A stretch of 64,000 bases of DNA from an uncultured Staphylococcaceae bacterium (GTDB lineage: Bacteria; Bacillota_I; Bacilli_A; RFN20; CAG-826). The notes beneath the pieces were generated by a model. That model made no database searches and was not told the origin of the DNA. It saw nothing but the letters and a program-made list of their open reading frames with translations. The stretch covers positions 15,939 through 79,938 of the forward strand of contig CAYPGR010000002.1 of the NCBI GenBank assembly GCA_964410505.1, read 5' to 3'. Position 1 is the stretch's first letter. Each line of letters begins with the position of its first letter. The position numbers were made by a program, and so were the translations under genes. Below, one piece after another: positions 57,271 through 64,000 of the stretch.

Positions 57271-59433
57271 ATGAAACAAATTTATGAAATGATGTTCCAC
57301 GGTCGCAAACTTGTCGTGGAAACTGGCGAACTCGCCAAACAAGCTGATGGCGCCGTCTTAGTCCGCTATGCGGATACCGCTGTCCTCGCTACTGCCGTTG
57401 CAGGCAATAACCCAAAAGACATTGACTACTTCCCATTATCCGTGACGTATCAAGAAAAACACTACGCCATTGGTAAAATCCCTGGGTCTTTTTTACGCCG
57501 TGAAGGACGTGAAACAGAACATGCTACTTTAACTGGACGTTTAATCGATCGTCCAATTCGTCCATTATTCGCTGATGGCTTCCGTAATGAAGTTCAAGTG
57601 ATTAATACCATCTTAAGTGCCGACCTTGATGCCACGCCAGAAATGACGGCGATGCTTGCTTCAAGTTTAGCCTTAACGATTAGCGATATTCCATTTGAAG
57701 GACCAGTTGCTGGTGTTCAAGTTGGACGTGTCGATGGAAAATTTATCATTAACCCAACGAGTGAAGAAAACGCCAAAAGCGATATTCAATTAACCGTTGC
57801 CGGCACCAAAACTGCCATTAACATGGTTGAAGCGGGTGCTTTAGAAGTGAGCGAAGAAGACATGCTTGAAGCCTTAATGATTGGCCATGAAGCGATTAAA
57901 GAACTTTGTGCCTTCCAAGAAGATATCCAAGCGAAAATCGGCGTTGCCAAAAGAAGTTTCCCACTCTTCGTGCCAGAAGCATCTTTAGTGGAAGAACTCA
58001 AAGAAAAATTCAATGCCAAACTACAAGCGGCAATTAGCATCTTTGATAAACTCGAACGTGGTGAAGCCATTGAAGCTGTCAAAGGTGAAATGGTCGAATA
58101 CTATAGTGGTTTATCTTACGAAAGTGATGACAAGAAAAAACGGACCATTAATGACGTTAAAGCGCTTCATGAAGTGATGGTCAGTGACGAAATTCGTCGC
58201 CTCATTACTTTTGAAAAGATTCGTCCAGATGGCCGTAAAGTTGACGAAATTCGTCCACTTGAATCCAAAGTTGATTTACTCCCACGGACCCACGGTAGTG
58301 CTTTATTTACCAGAGGTCAAACACAAGTCTTATCCGTTGTCACCCTTGGACCAAAGAGTGATGAACAAATTATTGATAACTTAACTGAAGAAGAATCAAG
58401 ACGGTTTATGCACCACTACAATTTCCCACCATATAGTGTTGGCGAAATTAAAAAACTTGGTACGCCTGCCCGTCGTGAAATTGGTCATGGTGCGTTAGGT
58501 GAAAGAGCCTTAGCGGCTGTGATTCCTAATGAAGTTGACTTCCCATACACAATTCGGGTTGTGAGCGAAGTTCTTGAAAGTAATGGTTCGAGTTCACAAG
58601 CGAGTATTTGTGCCTCAAGTATGGCCCTTATGGCTGCTGGTGTCCCCATCAAAGATATGGTCACCGGGATTGCAATGGGTTTAATTACAAGTGGACCACT
58701 TGATGGTAACCACCCTTACACGATCTTAACCGATATCCAAGGTCTTGAAGATCACTTCGGAGATATGGACTTCAAGGTGGCTGGTACAAGTAAAGGGATT
58801 ACCGCCCTTCAAATGGACATTAAAGTCAAAGGCATTAGTAAAGAAGTTCTTGCTGAATCTCTTGCTCAAGCCAAAAAAGCCCGTGAAGAAATTCGTGCCA
58901 ATCAAATGGAAGCGATTAGCGCACCACGTGAAGACGTTGCAAAATATGCACCAAAAATGGCAAAAATGTTTGTCCCAGTTGACAAAATTCGTGAAGTCAT
59001 TGGTACCGGTGGTAAAGTCATCAATAAGATTATTGAAGAAAATGACAATGCCAAAATCGACATCGATGATACTGGTTTAGTGGTCGTTTACCACATGGAC
59101 CGCGAAGTCATCAACCGCGTCATCAGCATCATTGAAGGCATCGTTAAAGAAGCTAAAGTCGGTGAAGTTTATGAAGGCGAAGTTGTCCGGGTTGAAGCCT
59201 ATGGGGTGTTCGTTAACTTATTTGGTAACGTTGATGCTTTAGTTCACGTTAGTGATCTTGAATGGGCCTATGTCGAAGACGCCACGAAGCTTTACAAAAT
59301 TGGTCAAAAACTAAAAGTTAAAGTTGTTGGTGTCGATGAAAAAGGCAAAGTCAAGGCAAGTGTTAAAGTGTTCAAAGAAAAACCAGAAGGTTATGTTGAA
59401 CGCAAACCAAGCATGGGACCACGTCGTAAATAG
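57271..59433 (+). CDS. pnp: Polyribonucleotide nucleotidyltransferase (PNPase)
   Basis: GELAKQADGA, RLIDRPIRPLF, RREIGHG, SNGSSS, EDHFGDMDFKVAG, KH and S1 domains. Confidence 0.98.
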   Translation: MKQIYEMMFHGRKLVVETGELAKQADGAVLVRYADTAVLATAVAGNNPKDIDYFPLSVTYQEKHYAIGKIPGSFLRREGRETEHATLTGRLIDRPIRPLFADGFRNEVQVINTILSADLDATPEMTAMLASSLALTISDIPFEGPVAGVQVGRVDGKFIINPTSEENAKSDIQLTVAGTKTAINMVEAGALEVSEEDMLEALMIGHEAIKELCAFQEDIQAKIGVAKRSFPLFVPEASLVEELKEKFNAKLQAAISIFDKLERGEAIEAVKGEMVEYYSGLSYESDDKKKRTINDVKALHEVMVSDEIRRLITFEKIRPDGRKVDEIRPLESKVDLLPRTHGSALFTRGQTQVLSVVTLGPKSDEQIIDNLTEEESRRFMHHYNFPPYSVGEIKKLGTPARREIGHGALGERALAAVIPNEVDFPYTIRVVSEVLESNGSSSQASICASSMALMAAGVPIKDMVTGIAMGLITSGPLDGNHPYTILTDIQGLEDHFGDMDFKVAGTSKGITALQMDIKVKGISKEVLAESLAQAKKAREEIRANQMEAISAPREDVAKYAPKMAKMFVPVDKIREVIGTGGKVINKIIEENDNAKIDIDDTGLVVVYHMDREVINRVISIIEGIVKEAKVGEVYEGEVVRVEAYGVFVNLFGNVDALVHVSDLEWAYVEDATKLYKIGQKLKVKVVGVDEKGKVKASVKVFKEKPEGYVERKPSMGPRRK

Positions 59434-59453
59434 TCGTTTATCATAAGCAGTTT

Positions 59454-59481
59454 AAGGCCACTCCTCGGAGTGGTCTTTTTT
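59454..59481 (+). terminator. Intrinsic terminator
   Basis: AGGCCACTCC/GGAGTGGTCT followed by T-tract. Confidence 0.8.
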
Positions 59482-59564
59482 ATATATTCATGTGGATTTT
59501 TTTAATTCGTGTAAAATAAGAGTAGTTATTAAAGTAATCTTTAACAGTAGTAAAGGATGGATTT

Positions 59565-60995
59565 ATGCATGATATTATCATTATCGGTGCGGGAGTCATC
59601 GGTGGCCTCATTGCGCGGGAACTTTCACGTTTTAAACTCGATATTTTAATTTTAGAGAAAGACAATGATGTCGCAAATGGCACAACGGCCGCTAATAGTG
59701 CGATAGTTCATAGTGGGTATGACCCAAAACCTGGTTCTCTAAAGGCTAAATTTAATGTGTTAGCCGTCCCGATGTATAAAACCTTATGTGAAGAACTCGA
59801 TGTTGAATTTAAACGCATTGGTTCGCTCACCGTTGCCCAAAGTATTGAAGAGTTGCCGATGCTAAAAGTCCTTGAAGCACGGGCTAAGGAAAATAATGTT
59901 GAGGTTAAAATTCTTAGCAAAGAAGAAGTTCGACGGTTAGAACCAAATCTCAACGATCATATTGAGGGTGGTCTCTTTGCCCCGACAGCTGGTATTGTCA
60001 ATCCGTTTGAACTGACGGCACATGCCATTGAAAACGCGATTGAAAATGGGGTGAAATTAATCCTTAACGCGAAAGTGACCACGATTCAAAAATCGCATGA
60101 CTCTTTCACGGTATCGACAACGGCAGGAACGTTTAAAAGCCGCATAATTATTAACGCCGCAGGCGTTTACGCTGATAATATTATCAATATGGTTAGTCAA
60201 GCTGACTTTACGATTACACCTCGTAAAGGAAGTTACTTTGTCATCGACAAACTAACGACACCACTTGTGAATACCGTGGTTTTTCCGCTTCCGAATGTTC
60301 ATAGTAAAGGGATATTAGTTGTTCCGACCACATCTGGTAATTTTTTAGTCGGTCCAACGAGTGAAGAGATTATGTCGAAAGAAGATGTTGGAACGGATTA
60401 TGGTTCGCTTGAAAACATTAAGGCAAATGCTTTAAAACTCATTGGTAATATTCCGTTTCATAAAACGGTTCGGACATTTAGTGGCTTAAGGGCGACCCCT
60501 TCAACCGGGGACTTTGTGATTGGCCATGATCCTTATGTTAAGGGGCTTATTAATGTAGCGGGCATTGAAAGTCCCGGGTTAGCAAGTGCCCCCGCGATCG
60601 CGCAATATGTCGTTAATGATCTAGTCGCTTCACTCTTATCACTATCCCCGAAACTTGATTTTAATCCACGCATTCGTCCACGCGTTCGCGTGAAACATTT
60701 ATCAATCAAGAATTTAAAGGCGTTAGTTAAGGAAAACAAAGATTATGCAACGCTTGTTTGCAATTGTGAAGAAGTCACAAAAGCAGAAGTCATTGATCTG
60801 CTTAGCCGACCAATTCCGATTCGCAGTGTCAAAGCCATCAAAAAACGATTACGGGCCGGATTCGGTCTTTGCCAAGGCGGATTTTGTACCCCAAAAGTGG
60901 TTGAGATTATGGCTCAGTATTACGGTATTCCGGTTTCAGATATTGCCTATGATGAAAAAGAAAGTTATGTGGTGAAAAGTGATGAAACATTATAA
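59565..60995 (+). CDS. FAD-dependent oxidoreductase (GlpA/LhgO-like) with a C-terminal BFD-like [2Fe-2S] domain
   Basis: GAGVIG, NSAIVHSGYD, GIESPGLASAPA, CNCE...GLCQGGFC. Confidence 0.85.
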   Translation: MHDIIIIGAGVIGGLIARELSRFKLDILILEKDNDVANGTTAANSAIVHSGYDPKPGSLKAKFNVLAVPMYKTLCEELDVEFKRIGSLTVAQSIEELPMLKVLEARAKENNVEVKILSKEEVRRLEPNLNDHIEGGLFAPTAGIVNPFELTAHAIENAIENGVKLILNAKVTTIQKSHDSFTVSTTAGTFKSRIIINAAGVYADNIINMVSQADFTITPRKGSYFVIDKLTTPLVNTVVFPLPNVHSKGILVVPTTSGNFLVGPTSEEIMSKEDVGTDYGSLENIKANALKLIGNIPFHKTVRTFSGLRATPSTGDFVIGHDPYVKGLINVAGIESPGLASAPAIAQYVVNDLVASLLSLSPKLDFNPRIRPRVRVKHLSIKNLKALVKENKDYATLVCNCEEVTKAEVIDLLSRPIPIRSVKAIKKRLRAGFGLCQGGFCTPKVVEIMAQYYGIPVSDIAYDEKESYVVKSDETL

Positions 60996-62232
60996 CCTTA
61001 TCATTATTGGCGCGGGTAGTGCCGGGATTGGTGCGGCGCTTAAAGCCCATCAAGAGGGCATCAAAAGTATCTTAATTATCGAAAAAGACCGTTTCGTGGG
61101 CGGCATTTTAAACCAATGTATCCATGACGGATTTGGTGTTCACTTATTTAAAAAGACATTAACGGGTCCAGAATATGCCTATTATCTTGATCAAATGCTG
61201 AAGGAACGGCAAATTGATATCATCCTCAATAGTAATGTCACCGCCATTAATGAAAACAAAATTGTAAAAGTATTTGAAAGTGGCAAAGCAATCATCGAGT
61301 TGAGTGCGGACGCACTCATTTTGACGAGCGGTTCTTATGAACGGAGTGCCGGTGCGATTAATTTACCTGGTGAAAGAAGCGCAGGAATTATGACGGCTGG
61401 TCAGGCGCAATATTTTCTTAACATGAAAGGGTATCATTTTGCAAAAAATGTTTTAATTGTTGGTTCAGGTGACATCGGACTCATTATGGCCCGTCGTCTC
61501 AGTTTGCTTGGAATCAAAGTCCATGCGGTCAGTGAAATTATGTCGTATTCAAGTGGATTAAAACGAAACATTGTCCAATGCTTGGATGACTTTAATATTC
61601 CGTTATACTTATCACACAAAGTCGTCGATGTTCGAGGCAGGCCCCGAATTCAAGAAGTTGATATTGCCGAGATTGACGCCAAAGGCCAAGTGATTCCCGG
61701 CACGCTTAAAACCTTCACTGTCGATACCTTGCTTTTAGCGGTCGGTCTTATCCCGTATGTGAGTCTTGCGGAGAAACTAGGCATTCCTTTAAGTAAATCC
61801 AGAGGCCCGTGGATCAATCATTTTTATCAAACATCGCTCCCTTGGTTTTTTGTCGCTGGTAATGCCCTTCACATTCATGATCTCGCTGATGATGCTTATT
61901 TTGAGGGTGAAGAAGCAGGGGCTGCCGCCAGCATGTATTTAAAAAACTTGATGGCACCATCACTAAAGAAAATCGAAGTTAAACCTGGAGCAGGTATATT
62001 ATATGTTTTACCGAACGAAGTAAGTTTTCCAATCACATATGATACGATGAAATTCAAATTTCGACCGAACGCGAATTTTATTAATAAACGAGTCATTATT
62101 AAAAATGGTGAGAAGGAAATTTATAAAAAATTCTTCCCTTTTCTCTTTCCGAGCGAACTCGTGGTATTAACGGTTGACGCTCATTTAGTGAGTGATGAAA
62201 AACAAATTATGATTGAGGTGAGTTATGATTAA
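60982..62232 (+). CDS. Pyridine nucleotide-disulfide (NAD(P)/FAD) oxidoreductase
   Basis: GAGSAG, GGILNQCIHDGFG, GSGDIGLIMARR, AGNALHIHDLAD. Confidence 0.85.
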   Translation: MKHYNLIIIGAGSAGIGAALKAHQEGIKSILIIEKDRFVGGILNQCIHDGFGVHLFKKTLTGPEYAYYLDQMLKERQIDIILNSNVTAINENKIVKVFESGKAIIELSADALILTSGSYERSAGAINLPGERSAGIMTAGQAQYFLNMKGYHFAKNVLIVGSGDIGLIMARRLSLLGIKVHAVSEIMSYSSGLKRNIVQCLDDFNIPLYLSHKVVDVRGRPRIQEVDIAEIDAKGQVIPGTLKTFTVDTLLLAVGLIPYVSLAEKLGIPLSKSRGPWINHFYQTSLPWFFVAGNALHIHDLADDAYFEGEEAGAAASMYLKNLMAPSLKKIEVKPGAGILYVLPNEVSFPITYDTMKFKFRPNANFINKRVIIKNGEKEIYKKFFPFLFPSELVVLTVDAHLVSDEKQIMIEVSYD

Positions 62233-62599
62233 AAAGTTAACTTGTCTTGTCTGTCCCCGTGGATGCACTTTAACGATTGATGAAGCGCTTAATGTGAGCG
62301 GTAATTTTTGTCCGCGCGGTATTCCTTATGCCCTTCAAGAGCTTAAGGCACCGAAAAGAACACTGACTTACCTTGTAAAGGTTAAAGGTCACTCACAACC
62401 ATTACCGGTTCGAAGCGATGCGCCGATTGACAAAGCACTTATTTTTGAGGCTGTTGCCATTTTAAACACGCTTGAATTAACCCCACCCATTGACTTTAAC
62501 ACGATTGTTGTTGAAAATATCCTCGGTTCTGGGGTGAATATCATTGCGACAAGAAAGATTGAATGTAATGAGGACTCTTACTTGCGAAAACACGTGTGA
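62225..62599 (+). CDS. DUF1667 family CxxC protein
   Basis: LTCLVCPRGC, GNFCPRG. Confidence 0.85.
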   Translation: MIKKLTCLVCPRGCTLTIDEALNVSGNFCPRGIPYALQELKAPKRTLTYLVKVKGHSQPLPVRSDAPIDKALIFEAVAILNTLELTPPIDFNTIVVENILGSGVNIIATRKIECNEDSYLRKHV

Positions 62600-62651
62600 G
62601 TTGCTATAATTGGCCTAATGAATTAGAGCTATTTGTAGTTAGAGGTATAAT

Positions 62652-64000
62652 ATGGCAGATAAGATAAAGATTTTCGCTTTAGGCGGCTTGGATGAACATG
62701 GAAAAAACATGTATGTTATTGAAATTAACGATAATATTTTTGTATTTGAGGCGGGTCTAAAATATCCTGATAAAACATCACCAGGGATTGATTTTATAAT
62801 TCCTAACCACGAATATTTAATTACGAATAAAAATCGGGTTAAGGCTTATATTATCTCCCATGGACATGATGATCAATTTGGCGCCTTGCCTTTTATTTAT
62901 AAGCTTGTCCCGGCACCAATCTACACGACTAAATCGGCGGCCATGATGCTTGAACGCTTCACAAAAAGAGTCGGTATTAACTTAAAATATGATATTCAAG
63001 TGATTGAACCTTCAAGTCAATTAGAAATTGCAAAAACTAAATTCACTTTTTTCCAAACAACGCATAGTGCGATGCAAAGCTTTGGCGTCTCCATTGATAC
63101 AACGCAAGGGGCGATTGTATATTCGGGCGACTTTATTGTCGAATATACGAATAGTACGCGCTATAAACTTGATTTAAATAGTATTGCCAAAATTGCCGAG
63201 AAGAATGTTTTGTGTTTGCTAAGTGAAAGTTCAGCGGCTGAAAAGGCCGGTTATACTTCCCCAAATCACCGTTTAACGCCGCAAATTGAACCTATTTTCC
63301 GTGATATTAAAGGTCGGATCTTTATTGCACTTTATGATCAATCCACTTATAACATAGAAGAACTCGTCCAAGTGTGTGCTCATTCAAAACGTAAAATTGC
63401 GTTCTATGATCCCCTCACAGAAGAGTATTTCAACGACTTTGCAAAAGCGGGTTTACCGCTGATTGATCCTCGGAACATTATTAGTAATGACGATTTATTA
63501 AGAGCGCGTGACCAAGACATTTGTATTTTAATGCTTGGGACGGGCGAACGTATCTTTGAAAAAATTCTTAATTTGTCCCATCGTCAAAATCCAGATAAGA
63601 AGATTGTATTAAATAAAGAAGACACGTTCATTATGGCCCTTCAAGCGCCGGCGACATTAGAAGTTGTGGCGACTGAAGCACTCGATAGTTTATATACGAC
63701 AGGTTGTAACGTTATTAATATTACGCGAAGTGTCATTTCGAATATGCATGCGCAAGAAGAAGATCTTCGTATGCTCCTATCACTTTTAAAACCAAAATAC
63801 TATTTACCAGTTAAAGGTTTATTTCGTCAACAAATTGCAAATGCCCAACTTGCACTCCATAGCGGTCTCAAGTTTGGCCATCATAATATTTTCTTACTTG
63901 ATAATGGCGTGACGGTTGAATTCACGGATGGGATTGGAAGAGTCAAGGCACATGCGATTGATCTTGTTAAAAATGGCGATGTTCTCGTTGATGGTACGGG
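62652..64000 (+). CDS. Ribonuclease J family protein (J2-like, degenerate metal ligands), 3' end outside the window
   Basis: Not in the ORF track. Manual translation gives MADKIKIFALGGLDEHGKNMYVIE, SHGHDDQFGAL, YSGDF, LLSESS, MHAQEED, PVKG; open to the window end. Confidence 0.88.
   Translation, partial: MADKIKIFALGGLDEHGKNMYVIEINDNIFVFEAGLKYPDKTSPGIDFIIPNHEYLITNKNRVKAYIISHGHDDQFGALPFIYKLVPAPIYTTKSAAMMLERFTKRVGINLKYDIQVIEPSSQLEIAKTKFTFFQTTHSAMQSFGVSIDTTQGAIVYSGDFIVEYTNSTRYKLDLNSIAKIAEKNVLCLLSESSAAEKAGYTSPNHRLTPQIEPIFRDIKGRIFIALYDQSTYNIEELVQVCAHSKRKIAFYDPLTEEYFNDFAKAGLPLIDPRNIISNDDLLRARDQDICILMLGTGERIFEKILNLSHRQNPDKKIVLNKEDTFIMALQAPATLEVVATEALDSLYTTGCNVINITRSVISNMHAQEEDLRMLLSLLKPKYYLPVKGLFRQQIANAQLALHSGLKFGHHNIFLLDNGVTVEFTDGIGRVKAHAIDLVKNGDVLVDGT

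Noticed and set aside
1-64000. CRISPR array, rRNA, prophage or integron
   Set aside because: No regularly spaced repeats, rRNA-like segments, phage structural genes or integrase were seen; intergenic gaps are short and mostly explained by promoters and terminators.

Overview
A 64 kb, mostly housekeeping chromosomal segment from a low-GC Bacillota. It uses genetic code 11, since TGA acts as a stop at several ATGA/GTGA gene junctions. The N-domain-less ClpB under CIRCE control, several DegV proteins and surface nucleases suggest a Mollicutes-related, uncultured Bacilli lineage; this placement is an inference. Core content: the lplA-pdhABCD operon, rimP-nusA-ylxR-ylxQ-infB-rbfA, truB-ribF-fprA, rpsO-pnp, tdk, tex, clpB, tRNA-Thr(GGT), a galactoside cluster (GPH permease, GH2, GH36, galT) and a partial RNase J at the right edge. 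There is one mobile element, an IS607-family insertion with a doubly broken tnpA but an intact tnpB and omega-RNA. Most notable: (1) a two-gene operon of a serine-palmitoyltransferase-like alpha-oxoamine synthase and an SDR reductase, a candidate sphingoid-base/aminolipid pathway in a lineage not known for one; (2) an agmatinase coupled to a tandem, half-dead SpeD-fold decarboxylase; (3) the IS607/TnpB element, whose empty site can be rebuilt and whose right end now supplies a host stop codon; (4) a promoter-proximal structured leader resembling a Na+ riboswitch ahead of a Ca2+/Na+ antiporter; (5) a lipid-related operon with a FakA-FakB fusion. All family assignments come from motif recognition by eye. 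No database searches were run. No CRISPR array or rRNA was seen.
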